Shown: piece by piece, positions 1-13,079 of the stretch
How positions within the stretch are numbered: position 1 is the first letter of the stretch
How the letters are laid out: every line of letters begins with the position of its first letter
Notes under the pieces: model-generated
Database searches by the model: none
Seen by the model: only the letters and a program-made list of their open reading frames with translations
What the model was told of the DNA's origin: nothing
Made by a program: the position numbers and the translations under genes
Source of the DNA: Klebsormidium nitens
Lineage: Eukaryota > Plantae > Klebsormidiophyceae
NCBI GenBank assembly: GCA_000708835.1
Contig: DF236962.1
Location: 62,001-126,000 of the forward strand
Length of the DNA stretch: 64,000 bases
Direction: 5' to 3'

Positions 1-1510
1 AGAAACGTTTTAAAGACGGTGTTGACATCAAGGAATCTACCACACTTTTCAATGGCAAAAAGCTGTCAAAAGGAAGCAAGAAATTGCAGATGCAAAGTCT
101 GATCACGAAGGCAGCTCCTTTCGGTCGAGAGCACGTTCTCATGGTCCAACGCAGTCGAACAGCTAGTATTCGCAAGCCTACGACCGTTCCAGTGTCTCCA
201 ACTCTTTGGACAGGTGAGTTCATCTTGACAGGTTCATGAATTATGCTGGCTTCAGATTGTCTAATTCCAGAAAAGCCACGTTGATGCGCATGCACAGTGC
301 GGACTTCTTTTCAGAGAAGCAGAAATTGTTCCGCTCAGACAAAGTCGACCTGACGACATGTTATGATTGTCACACAGCTGCAAGAGCAAGATCAAGAGCA
401 GCCAACACTTTTGAGAAGGCCTTTGCAACGGATGGAAATTCCGCTTCAGCATGTTCACCGTCGCTTGGCAAGGCTCCAGCATCACACGAAGATCTTCGAG
501 CGAAGGAAAGCCACACCTCCACAGGTATCGAGTTGGCAACTGACATTCAAAGCAGTAGCTTCTCCAGCACAGAGGAGTTTCAGCCTGATTCCTAAATCCT
601 TCACCGCATGATCGCAATTGTCATCGGTAGTTTCATCAAGCGTTCATAAGCATCGAGCTTTTTGCAGAGATTGCGTTTTGATGACCGGTTGATATCGTCC
701 GAAAAGATTATCTGACCAAACCTGTGTTTTTAATCGATGTACGGAACCTGAAGCGTGGCGGTTGCCTCAGTTGAGCACGTTTCGTGACATCGCAGATTAC
801 CCCAAGCTTTCAAGCGTCAACCTGAGATTGAAGATCAAGTCTCATTCCAAAATTGTTTCGCCGATCCGTGGGGGTGCCTTTGGCGGTGTGCTCAAAGAAG
901 GCGTGCGACCTGCTTCATTGTCAACGCCTGTCCCGTCCAAGATGAAGAAGGCCACAGTATTTAGCGAAGGTAATGTGATCCCGGCTTTCTGAAAACTATC
1001 AAAAGCTCAACGATCTTCTGAACTATTCTCGCCAGGTGGACAGAGTAAGACGTATCACTCAAACAAGAAGTTAAGAAGGGATTCCAAGAGGTATGTTGAC
1101 GGGCTTGTATCACAGTTGAGCCTCAAAGCACACCTGCTCATTTTAAGACTGTCCTGTCGGAAACTGCACAAGAGTTTTCAGGAAAGAGGGAGTGGATTGG
1201 CGCGTCGTCTGATAAACCATCCTAACGGTGACAAATGAATCTCGCGCTAAGCTCTTCAACTTCTAGGCAAATCGAGCTCACTATACTGTTTCACAGGGCG
1301 TGAGAAAGCTTCTCCAAGAGCAGTGTCTAATGAGACCACTCCGACTCACAAGCGCCTCCCGAGAACCAACCTCCGACCTGCCACAGGTATTTTAGCTGCT
1401 CATAAGTTCTTCCGCAATAAGACCTGGATAGGGGCAAGTGAAGCTCTGATTGCATATAGTCAACGACGCAAATCATCAGAGGATCTTTCTGGTGCGAAGA
1501 CGCACTAGTC
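1..1510 (+). other. Possible partial or degenerate coding region of unknown product (5' truncated)
   Basis: Open frames 3-212 (KRFKDGVDIKESTTLFNGKKL..., ending at a cag|gtgag donor) and 762-970 (ending at aag|gtaatg), plus two short frames each containing WIGAS (1193-1207, 1425-1439). No consistent spliced model could be built. Confidence 0.25.
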
Positions 1511-3094
1511 TTGATTGTTGCAAGGGAGTGCGAATTCTTTGAGAGATTTCTCATGCAGTACGGGTCTGCTTTTATCCTGCAGAAGAGCGAGCACGGACAG
1601 TCAGCTTCAAGACCGCAGCAGACCCTTCGCTCTGGCGCCGTTCATCTTTCGGGTGATGTGGCTAGGTTCTGAGTCGATGCTCGAACAGTCAAGCAAGCAG
1701 ACCGTGCTTTAACATAGTCGATCGGTTTTATTGACGCATAGCAGATCGAAACTGCTTGTAAATCAAAAATTTGCGTAAGGCGATATAACTACGCGCCGGC
1801 TGGGCCAGCGAAACGTCCCTTTTTGGAAATAAGAAAGATCCGATCATTCTGATGGAGTTGTCGAAACATTTGTGCAGTGTATATGTCAATTGGAGTGCGA
1901 AAAGAAAACATGTGTGTTAACAATTTTGAGTCCACTATACCGTGTCTTAGTCTGCGTTTGAACATGTGCGCATGCGCCCGCACTACGATCAGGTAAATGG
2001 CAACGAGCATGGCAGCATATGCATCATGCAGTCACCATGCTATGCAGCACCGATGCAGTCGCTGTACAAGTGCCTCGATCGTGCCTGTAAGACGTGGCGA
2101 CCGTCAATAGGAATCATTGGCCATACCCTCTTTCAGCTTCAGTCTCTAGTTCATGGCCATCATGCATGCAATATTTTGTAATGGAAAGGTTATTATCCTG
2201 CAGTGCGCTTGGATTATGCTCAGCACAAATTCGGATTACTCATTCTGCCAATGACCACGGGGACCGCTCTTCACTTGCATCAATAATGTGTTCAATCACT
2301 ATCCTATTGACAAAGCACAACATCTACTTTGTCTACATTGCCACAAATGGACTATCAAATCGTACTGAATCAAATTTCCGAATAAGTTAGGAAACGAAGG
2401 CTATCCTAACCAGAATGAGCGGAGCCGATTTCGAGCAGAGAGATGAAGTCAAGCATCGAGTTCAAGCTCCCTCGCAAGCAGGCTCTAGTCACTAGCAATC
2501 CACGTGATAGAATTCTATGTTCCAATATTATGCCTCTGCCGCAACGCTTTCTATGGTTGACTGGGCCGTATTTCTCAAAATCGTCGAGTGCAAAAGTTGA
2601 GTCTACATTCCTGTCGCAGCATTATGATATCTAGGAAAACGCTGCAATGTAAAAGATGGTGCACATGTCAAAGAGAAGTTGTTGGAGGTTAAGGAAATCA
2701 GCAGAGGACAAATATTCTCTCCTCCTCGTGTGTTGCCTCAAGCTTTGCAACCGCCCCAGAGTTTGCACAGATCTGGATTCTGCACCAACAGATTGGCTCA
2801 CCACCTTCAGCCGCCTTGCCGTACAAATCTTAAAGATTGCTTCTGGAGACAGAGCAGCACACAGCAAGCATACAGCGAGAGGCATTAGGCATCAAAATTG
2901 GTTAATCAAAACCTAGACTGTTACATCATTACTCTTGTGTATGCGCGTACTAAGACCCAACCTTGGCCCCGAATCTGAGCGCCAAAGCTTCGATGTGAGA
3001 CAGGGGTGCACAACTCACCTTCTTAGAAGGACAGCGCCCACCCAAAGTGATCACGATTGGCAGCCCACTTCTTTTACAATTGGTTGCAAAATCT

Positions 3095-4595
3095 TCAATC
3101 ATTGCTTTCCCGGACATTCTTGGTTCCTTCAACGTCTAGCAACGATGACAAATTTGAATCGGTCTTTCCACTCCTGGCTGCGCCGTGAGTTTTTATCCAC
3201 CACCGCGCATGATGGTGTCTGAGATAGTTGTGGACGTAAGCGTGCTCGTTAAAGTGCATCAGCTTGCGCTGCTTTTCTACAAAAGCTGATTGTCCATCTT
3301 GACTCACTCGTTGTATGGCTTCTTGACTTGATGCATGAGCTTCCCCGTCTGATGCGATGTCAGGGGAGGGACCCTGAGGCGATTCTAGCTGCACACTACG
3401 CCTATCGTTCAAATTCTCAACATCAACAATCTCTTCAGGATGCTTCATCCTCTTCGACCGATCACTAGTTTCTACATCGCCACTTGTCCAGATCGCTGTG
3501 GTTTCAAAACGAATCTGATCAGGCTGCGGGACCATCACTTCTATACTTTTGACCCTTTTACTAGCTTCTGGTGGGCCAGCTTGATCCTCACGATCTGGAC
3601 CTTTCTCCAGCAGACTTGAGGAAGGTTCACTGAAGGACCCCGCCGTTGATGTCACACGGTCTCCAATCTCATTGCCTGGTATATTGGAATGCGATTGTGG
3701 TGCGCACTGTCCTCTTGCGTCTACTTCAGTTACTGCCAGACTCATTCGTGACAGCTTATCTGACAATTCCTGCTCGGCCAGCTTCTTTTGCAGCAGTACA
3801 AGCTCCTGTCTGAGCTTCTCGTTCCTCGCTTCATGTCTCCTTCCTTCTTCTAGATGTTTCTGCCTCTCCACTGCCCAGCGCAGTTCTTCTCTTTGCCACC
3901 GCTGTTCCTCCCGCCGATTCAAGGCCTTCTGGTCTGACAAAATGGTCGCTTCGTTTCCATCTGGAAGCAGAGCAGACGCTCTCACTCCGGAAAGTACTCC
4001 AATACCTCTAGCGGAGGCGTGCATGTTCTGAGGCTGAGCAGCATTGCGTTCACTCAATCGCAACAAGCCCATTCTCCAAGCGATGTTCTCATAGTCTGGC
4101 CGCCTGAGACTGCTAGAGCAATATATGCTGCCAGTGATGCAAAATTCAGAAGGGAATGCTGCCACCAACGCCATCATGTGCGCCATCACCTTCAACTTCT
4201 CTTTGTGCTCAGCGAAGATTGCCTGCATTGGGGCTGAAATTTAAAATGGCAACGTGACACGTGTAGGTATCATGCATGCCCTGGTGAAAAGATGGTAATG
4301 GTTCTTAAACTTCTTTGCCCAGCCTGCAAACCGCCATTGAACGGCAGTCACCGGCGGCCGAGTTTACGGGTCCAATAACGGCGCCGGTTATCATCACGCG
4401 CAGCCGTTTTCCTCCACACAGACTGCACTCTATCGTTACCGCTCTGCTTCTTGAAAGTGAACTGTCGATATGTTGCCATTGAGTAAAAAGGGCGTCCTGG
4501 GACCCGTCACGCCTCGGCGACCACAAACCGCAAATATGGGCAAATTGGTCGCTGAGCCAATACTTCAAGATGCATTGTAGTCCGTCCGATGACAT
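3095..4595 (-). CDS. Hypothetical protein with central coiled coil and disordered acidic region; 3' end may splice on to 2631-3140
   Basis: ATG at 4595; exon 4595-4311; phase-0 intron 4310-4223 (GT..TGCAG); long exon from 4222 in the 377-aa ORF. E/R/Q/K-rich helical stretch (REEQRWQREELRWAVERQKHLEE...). No family recognised. Confidence 0.55.
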
Positions 4596-4770
4596 TTTCC
4601 CTCAGGACTCCTTTAAATACCTGAGGCTGAGGCTGCAGCCTCAGGTGACCTCGTGACTTTCTTGTTCTTCAGAGTGACAAAGCGTAGATCTGTCTTTCAC
4701 ACCTCTCTCGTGCTTGGCACTAGAGACGCCTGCACTTGTATCCATCGAGATTACCTAGCAATAAAAAGCC

Positions 4771-6779
4771 ATGAATTCTCTCATGCTTCTCAGCCGCAGT
4801 ATCGGTGGCCCCTGTTTTGAACGGGCATTGGGCAATTTAATGCGGTGTGCATGCGTTGCGCAAGATGCAAGATGCCAACAGCCGCAGGATGTGTGCGGAA
4901 AGCTGATTGGACCCGCATTCATGAGCTGGCTGGATCCTAGGTTCCAGGGGGCAGGAAATGCATCCTTGAAAGCTGTATATTCAGCAGGAGAGGCATCAGA
5001 AACTGTAGGAAGTGTTCATCACTTAGCAGCTGGACAGTCTAGGCAGCAGCAGGTTAATGTGGGGAAGACCAGCACATCTGGACAATATGGTCACCTTCAG
5101 GCTGCAAGATCAATGCAGGAGAGTCATGTATGGACATCTGCCGGCATCGGGTTCAGAAGGTTCTCAACCATTGGGGAAGTGGATATAAGAGAGAAGGTAT
5201 GTCAGTGAAGCATCAAGCGTGGTCACTAAACGCGCGAAGGGCGCTGAAGATCACATACAGCTTTTGCCCCTGAGAACTACAAAAGTCAGAGCTCAAGGAA
5301 AGTCGCGCTTGACTTTGACCAGGAGGACCATTCGAAGTTTTGCCAACTGTATGGCAGCCATCAACGACCAGAGGCTGCTCAAAACGATCAGATTACTGCC
5401 TGTTCAGTGACGGATTATCTGAAGCAATTGATTGATGTCTGTCCCCTGGAGGTAGTGCACCAGACGATTTTCGGACGCGCCTTCATGCTCGGTTGTTGCG
5501 CTGCCAGCACAATGCATAAACGAACTGAGACTGAGGTGGATTCAGCATGGCACGTGAGAGAAGAGACATCAGACAGCATGAGCAGCTTTTGCTGTTATAT
5601 GCGGGAACATCTTTTGCAGCTTGTCCTTGATTTTGACAAGTTCAGAGTAAGGCTGCGGCCAACATCAGACCCTCAGGATGTCTGGAGATGCACACCTATG
5701 GTTTCAATTGTGAGCTGCATCTTTCATTTGGGCTGATTTGCCGACACTCTTACTGACTGCCGCTGCGTCAACTCTTTATTCAGGTGGAGGACATCAATAC
5801 CAAGTTTGCTGAGGCTCGGGAGGAGATTGATCTGGCTATGGAAGCCAAGGACACTGTCTTCTTCAATGAGGAAGCCCTGGGCGCCAAAAAGTTGGTGGGT
5901 TGCTGTACTTGGCTAGGCTTCAGTTGGATCAGGAAGGCATGTTTGCTTGAAACCAAAAGGGGTCACCTGCTTCAACTCTCATGAAAAATTCTACTGTGTT
6001 CTAGGCTGAGAGGGCTTCACAAATACTGCACTTTGACGCAATGCATTCAACAAGTAACCCCAGATTCTTCATCGGCGAAGTGGTCTGATAACCGGTCCTG
6101 TTATAAATGGATCTGCTCGCGCCACAAGACTGGACACATACGTCAGCTTCGTTTTGAGACTTCCCACTGCAACATCAAACAGAAGTGAAATCTTATCTTG
6201 GGTGTCTGTCCCCCGCCCTAATGCTCTATAAAAAGCAAGACAATTTGGAAGGCAGTATTCTTGCAGATTGACGGTTTGGTCAGTCCAGAAAAGCTGAGCA
6301 GTCCGAAGTAGAGGTTCTCCGATTGGGACCTGTTCCTTGCAGAGTAGTTGGGGCCCAGTCTATCTGCGGGACACTTTTGGTGAAGCTGTCGTCAAAACCC
6401 AATAGCAGTTTTCTGTGTCCTTCTCGTCCCTCTGCTTTTCCTAACCTTGTCTTCACACTTCTTTTTTCGACCTACGTCAAGGTGGCGGAGCATGGGTGTC
6501 AAATAGATACCGAGTGTAACTCCTCAGCTGGATAAACATAGTCTTGCTTGCATTGTATAGCAGTGATCTGGCTGTGAGTTTCGAACACAGAATGATGTCC
6601 GACTTATGACTCACATGACTCGTCTTCCCCTTCCTCAGGTCGAGGAAGTGCTGGAGGAGTTCAAAAGTCTCCTTGACCAGGTCGATGAGCGAAGACGAGG
6701 GGAGCTCCAAAGATCGATGGGAATGAAGATGGAACAACTGAAAGCAGAGGCCGCTCAGTTGGACGAGGCTTCTAGTTAA
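4771..6779 (+). CDS. Plant 'embryogenesis-like' conserved protein with probable organellar transit peptide
   Basis: Exons 4771-5196, 5784-5894, 6639-6779, all phase 0. C-terminal VEDINTKFAEAREEIDLAMEAKDTVFFNEEA...LQRSMGMKMEQLKAE matches my recollection of the Arabidopsis At1g71730-type family. Confidence 0.8.
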
Positions 6780-7671
6780 GTCTGCCGTCTGAACACAGTC
6801 TCGTTCATCGGGCAAGTATGATTGTCCATTCACTCAAAGCGGAACTTAGCGCAGAAAAACTAGCAACTTAAGCAAGTACAGCACGATTCCTGTACCCAAT
6901 AAAGCTAACACTGGGAAGCTCAAGTAAGACTCGTATCGCAGGACAATTGTGAGCAAGCTCACCGTGCCTGCCGGCCAGATTCAGTACACGAGTGACCTAA
7001 TCGAAAACACAATTTATGCAGCCGGATACAACGTGCCTATGTTTCATAGAAATTGGCTAAAACTCGAGAGATATTAGTTCAGAGTAGCTTGTAGCACTAA
7101 GCGTATTCTGAAAGCCGGCTCACCCCGCGGAGCCATGCAATCAATATATTCCATGTGCAAAAACGCGCCGGTGGTCCGCCACCAGACCCAAGCGGTCCGG
7201 CCATGGCTCGTACAATGTTTCATGATTACGCACTGGCTGTAAAGTTGATTTTCGACGCTTTCGCAAGATGCCTTGCAACATGTGTCTGCCAGAATGGTCG
7301 TCCTGTCTCTCACTGGATGCTATCGTACCAGAGGTTTCGTTACTTGTCCGGCTAGGAACCCGTTCGTGTATGCAGCATTCTTGAACAACGTCTGCAAAAG
7401 AGCACAGCATATTAAGCGCCTTCATCATTTCGTACGCACTACACAGAAGGAAGTGAGGTCCCCGATATACTTGCTTAGTTGCCCCTTTTTACCGATTCAA
7501 AAGCCCGGATAGAGTCGTAGATGCAGCAAACGGGATCTGGTAGAGTGACTGGCACAGCAGGCTCCTCAAATCAATGGTCGACAACCGAAAGGGCTCTGAA
7601 TGCACACTCCAAATGCGCACTGACTACTCCGACAAAGCTTCCTTTCTTCTGTAGAGGCCTTCTAAAACACG

Positions 7672-10600
7672 TCATGCAACTAACTTGGTCGAACACCAAT
7701 CCAATGGAAGCATGCACAGTGCACAGAGCGATCCGCTAGCAATCGAGAAAGAGCAGGAATCTGGATGTTTTGCCGCATCGTGAGTCAATAATATCTCGTG
7801 GAAGAACGACAAGCAATTTCGTGAGTTCCCGAGTTGTCTCACCAGGTGGCTTTGCAGTTCGATCCGCAACGTCTTCATGCTAGGATCCTCCGCTGTCTGC
7901 CCCTCGCTGGCGTCCGTTTTCAGTGTGGCCGTGATCGTCTCAAGCATCCTATCAAGAGCTGCAAAAAGCACGCCAAAGTCTCAGCGAAAACCTCAAAGTG
8001 CTCGTAATGAAAAGGCTGCGATGAAAAGCCAGGTTTGACGTAAAACCGCGTTGCAAAGAGCCAATTGCACTCGGTCGTCGGCAGTTTAGGAACGACCCGG
8101 TAAATATCGCATGGCTCCTTTGCACCTGGGAAGCCCTGCTCTTGACAAAAGGAAGGTGTGTTTTTATTCCGCTGGATTAGTCTCCTTTCTCCTCTTTCTA
8201 CGGCACTTGCAATCTGTCAGATACACCTCTTGCAAGCTCAACTGCTAGCTCTATCACCAAATGCAATTATTCTTGAGTGGCCAGATATTACGCAACCACT
8301 GTACAGATAGTCGCGTCAAGAGGTACGACTTTCCACACCGAAGATCTCAATTACCCCGAACAACAACAAATATACGCAAGGACTTCGTCGACACTTACTT
8401 GCCGTCACGTTGTCCCCTGCTGGCGCCTTCGTCACAGGCCCTGTCGACGTTGGCCCGTTCGCTTTCTTCCCCTTGGCCGCAGGCTTCGACTTTGGTACCG
8501 GGGGCCCTGCCAGCGCACTTTCCGACCCCCCCGTTTTTGCAGAAATGGCTTCCTCGTCCCCTGCTGGCTTTGATGACTTTTCTGAAGGGACTGGTTCTAA
8601 AGCGTACTGCGCTAAGTCTGCTCCGTCCTTTCCCAACACCAGCTCGGCTTCTAGGTCGACATAGACGGGCTCGCGCCCTAGAGACCGCAGGAACTTGTCG
8701 AAGTCGAGAGGGGCAATACCTGCAGAAAGAGCGACAGCAGGATTTCGAAGCTGAAAGGATCTTCGCATCTGTAAATAATAATTGCTGGCAACCCCGATAT
8801 TCGTATACACTGTCCACAATTCCAATTCTTTAGCGATGAAGCATTGTCGCCGTCAACGAAGACTTCTCCGATAACTTTTCTCGGCGCGCCGAGGGTATCT
8901 GTTGCCAGAGATTTTCGTCGATATTGAGGCACCACGGCGCCGTGCGACCTGCTCATGTTTACGCCTTGTGATCCCTTATCTGGCGACGGACAGCACTGTC
9001 AAACAATGTGCCAAGGATCCTTGTGTCTGACGGAGATGGCAAACTTTTGCGAGGAACCAATTGGACGCCGCCAGAGTCCTGACACCGCACGAGATGACAC
9101 TTTCACCGGACTGAAGTCAAATTCGAATGACCATCCCAGTCCCAGTAGTGCTTTCAAACAACTACGATCATGCAAAACTTCTCAAGAGGCGTAACTTTTC
9201 TTCGAAGACAGGCTGCATCAACATCGATTCAATAACTTGAAAGTGGAGCCATGGTCAGTTGATTTTGACAAAGGGACAAATCAAATGCGTCATCCTTCTT
9301 CAACGACTATGTAATGGACATGTTATCCCTCCTGCCTTCCAAGTGGGGTAAACTTACCTGTGGTTGCGTTGTTCGTGAATGGATGGTGGTAGACTTTGGG
9401 TTTACTCTGCAGCTTTTTGTCCAGAAGTAAGGCCACAGGCTTTGCGGTCTCGTTGAATACAGCAAACGGAGTAGCAGAGCCAAGCGGTACCTGCACAAGT
9501 ATTGTGTGCACTTAGGTTAAGCTCCAAGCCTGTTTACCGGTTTGTAGTAACCTCTTTAGCTGCTATCAGGAGTGAAGGCTTTCTTATGCAGATTTTCAGA
9601 GCTAGACAAGCATTCACACATCCTGTGAAAATTCATTCGTCAATCTTCCATAGGTGCTTTGAAAGTTACGCCCCTGGATTGCCACCAGACACAACGAGGC
9701 AGACACACCGAGTCAGTGAGATCTGCTCGCTCCTCTTAGTGAAGCATCAAAGTTCAAACTCCATTGTCAGGCGTGATTAGATAATACTCTATAGCAATCT
9801 TTGCTTACCTGCAGCACGGCCCGCAAGGTCTCCTCTGGCGCAAAGCGAATGCCGCTCTTCCCCACCCCCAGCCGCAGCGCAATTTTCTTCATGTCCACAG
9901 TGGTGGACACGAGCGCACTGATCAGGTACAGCCGGTCCTTCTTGTCCTTCAGAAACAGGTTCTTGCTCACGGCGTCCTGAATGTCCTTGCGTTCCTTGAA
10001 GTGCTCCGCCTGCATGGGAGCATGTTGCGTTCATTTCAGCAATGGCCTCTCCCAGCTTTGACTGATTCTCTGAGAGGCTGAGAGGTGGAAGCGAGCCCAC
10101 GAATGTGGCGGAACTGCAAGACAGTGCGTGCGTAGAGGCGACCAGTCTGTAAATGCTATGTGACCAGCCAGAACTCACAACGGCGAGCAGCGCTTCCCCC
10201 TGACGATTAAAGAGCACTTTGCGTCACTTGACATCCTCACATAGTCCAAAGCTAGAAATTGCTGACATGGAAGTCAGCCACGCGAACCAACTAACGAGCA
10301 TGGGCAGCAAAATGCAATTTTTTGACCGAAACAGCTCGACTCTGGCAAGAGCCAATTGTTAGCACCTCCACTGCAAGGTGAAGTCTTCTGAAAGCAGCGG
10401 TCTTGACGGGGAGCTGTGGTCACCTGTTCAGAAATCAATTCACACCTACATACATCTTCTTAATGTGAGAGTCCCCTAAAATGCAGGCTTGTGATCCCTC
10501 ATTACAAGGCTGGGCAATCCATCAATCTTACCTGCGCTTCTACGGTCATGACTGGAGGGTGTTCATGGTTCTCAGTATCTATCCCTTGCGCCTGCATTTG

Positions 10601-10808
10601 AAGCACGATAAGGTGTCAAGACCTAGTCCATTGGCAGTAATAGAAGCACAAAGCCTGTTTTCAAACCGCTGGAATGAAAGTGATGAATTATGCTGCACCA
10701 ATTGCAGGGCACATACTTCAATCTCGTCAGTCTCAGCATGTGCTGCCTTACCGCCAAGTAAGATAGCAGCTTCTCCTTGGCGGCCTGAGCAGCTTCCAGA
10801 GTCGTCAT
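7672..10808 (-). CDS. YbaK/ProX (PrdX, PRORSD1-like) aminoacyl-tRNA editing domain protein with plant-type C-terminal extension
   Basis: Phase-consistent exons 10808-10752, 10591-10532, 10009-9809, 9490-9358, 8719-8399, and ~7970 onward. Motifs HEHPPVMTVEAQ, SKNLFLKDKK, GSATPFA, HPFTNNATT. Exact stop uncertain. Confidence 0.88.
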
Positions 10809-11281
10809 GCTGGCAGTTCCAGTAGCAGGAGTGGTGGCCCCTGCCGAACCGTGGGCTCAAAGAATTGCAATCTGAAGCAACCGCGAAAGAAAGCCGTCGT
10901 ACACGTCTCTTGCCTCTGATACTTGTTGGGCGCAGCTTTTGAGAGAGCGAAGGGAGAAGGTTGTTTCAAAATCTGGCGCAATTTTGCGCCGCAAGCTTGC
11001 TGGTCAAAACAACGATGAAGAAGTGGCTCTGTCAAGAAGCTCTGCGCCACTTCAATGTGCATCCTAATCCTTCAAGTTCACCTTTGCTGGGTCGTCCAAA
11101 GTGACGTCTCTTCTGCAAGGCAGGCAACGGTGAGAAGAGTGAGCTGCTTCCGAAACTTACGGAAAGCGACCACCGCGCAGGGTTCGCTTGAAGTTCTAGG
11201 GGGTCTCAAAGTTTCGGTAATGCTTCGGAGCAGGCCGTCAACGGACGCCCGTCATCTCTGCTCATGAAACATGTCGTAGGC

Positions 11282-11290
11282 AAACCCTAA
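11282..11290 (+). promoter_or_regulatory. Telo-box (AAACCCTAA) in the divergent promoter between the PrdX-like and INSIG-like genes
   Basis: Exact AAACCCTAA at 11282-11290, between ATGs at 10808 (-) and 11419 (+). Confidence 0.4.
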
Positions 11291-11418
11291 TGCGACCGCT
11301 CACCACCGCTCAGACTTCGCATTCGCGCTAGCTTACATTGGAAGGGCGCCCAGTTGGAAGCTGAGCGGTCCATTGAAATTGAATTTTCAATAAAGATCAG
11401 CGATAAGATTAGCTTACA

Positions 11419-13079
11419 ATGGATTCCACCGCTTTTCAGGGGTATCGTCCGACCTGCATCTTTTCTCCTTCACAATGTCGGCGCTTCGTTGAAAGCAATG
11501 TCTGCCAAGAAAGTTGCAGCATGTTGCATGCTCTGAAGTTCGGCTACAGAAGAATTTGCTGGCAAGAACCAGCTGGTATTAAGAGGGGCAGCTTTCAAAG
11601 GCGTCGAAGCTGGCAAACAGGACTTTTTCTCCAACAAAGCAAGCTCGCTCGTTGCAGCTTCCTCAAGTCCACACCCGAGGACTTGGGCCATATAGCAGAC
11701 AGTTCACAGCGCCCAGAAAGTCTACAAAAATTTGGCGCTGGGCTTGGATCGTGGGAGAGTTTGACGTGGCGCCTGGTGGCGCTGTGGGGCTCGGGAGCCA
11801 TTCTTGGGCCGCTTCTCGACGGCCGTCACTCCACCCACAATGTTCTGCATTATGAAAACCCAACGGTAAGCTGCGGCGAGCTTGCACTTTTTATGGATGT
11901 CTCGACTGCTTGAGATCCTATCTTGCAGCGCATTTGCGATTGGTCCGCATGCACTTGGGCTGTATCAATGAGAGGGAAGCCTGAAAGACTACTAGCTTGA
12001 TGGTGCCCTCTCAGAACTTACAGCCTGGTTCATAACAGCAACTCGTTCTCCTTACTGACGCTCTAGATTGACTGCACCTCGGATATGCTGGTGGTCATGT
12101 TTAAGAATGTTAGTATGACTGTATCTCAAACAAGCCGGTGGCTGGCCGTGTTCAAGAATGTTGATGTGGTTCTGGTCGTCCCGTTGCTTGGGCATCTGCA
12201 GCAATCAAAGTCAAGACTGGCCATTCATAAAACGAAAGAGACTACTCACAGTTCATATGATCCAGGTTATCCGCCTGGGCAGCTTCTTCCAACTGGAAAC
12301 CTGCTGGTGGGTGCCCCTGCTCTTCGGAGGCGCTGCGGTCATCCTGGGCATTGGGCATCCCCTACTAGACTCCATCGATCGCAAATCAGAAGCGCTTTCA
12401 CAGCTTGAAGCTACATCACAACTAGCGGGTCTGGAAGGAGGAGCGCCCATTAGAAGTTTTCTAAGAAAGGAGCCTACGGGCGGCTATGCTCCCTCCTGGT
12501 CCTTTGTCTTGATCAGCATCGCCCTCTTTGCGATGCAATACGATCTGAGCGGTGTCTTAGCGGAAAAGGCTAGCAGCGGCGAGCTCTCGTGGACTGCGGT
12601 GAATCTAGCCCTGGCGGGGACTGCAATTGCTCATTGGGCCACCTTTGACCGAACTAGAAGCGGCCTTTTTTGGGCTGCGCTGACGGCGACAGTGGGCCCG
12701 CTCGTGGAGATTGGTCTGATCGAGGGCCTGCACTTGTACCACTACACGCATCCCGACGTCTTTGGCATCCCGCTCTGGATCCCGTGAGTAGCTCGACTCC
12801 CCACTTGACAGACTCTAATTTGTCCAAGCGACTGCCTATTTCTGTGCCTTTGCTCAGAGCACTTCCGTTTGAATCATGAAATATTTCCTACTACTTAGAG
12901 ATCGAAGGTCCTTTGACTGGGAATGACTTCTGGAGCTTCGAATCTTGTGCAATCGAAGAGTTTCTGTCATAAGCCTTCACCCTGATCCAATCAACATTTC
13001 CGATTTCAGGTGGGTCTACTGGTGCGGGGCTCCTGCCGTTGGAAACCTCGGCCGATGCATACAAGCCGGCCTCGACTGA
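11419..13079 (+). CDS. INSIG-like (insulin-induced protein family) multi-pass membrane protein, probable plastid transit peptide
   Basis: Exons 11419-11865, 12266-12783, 13010-13079, phases consistent. GAILGPLLDGRHS, WWVPLLFG, GPLVEIGLI, LYHYTHPD and WVYWCGAPAVGNLGR motifs fit plant/cyanobacterial INSIG-domain proteins. Confidence 0.78.
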
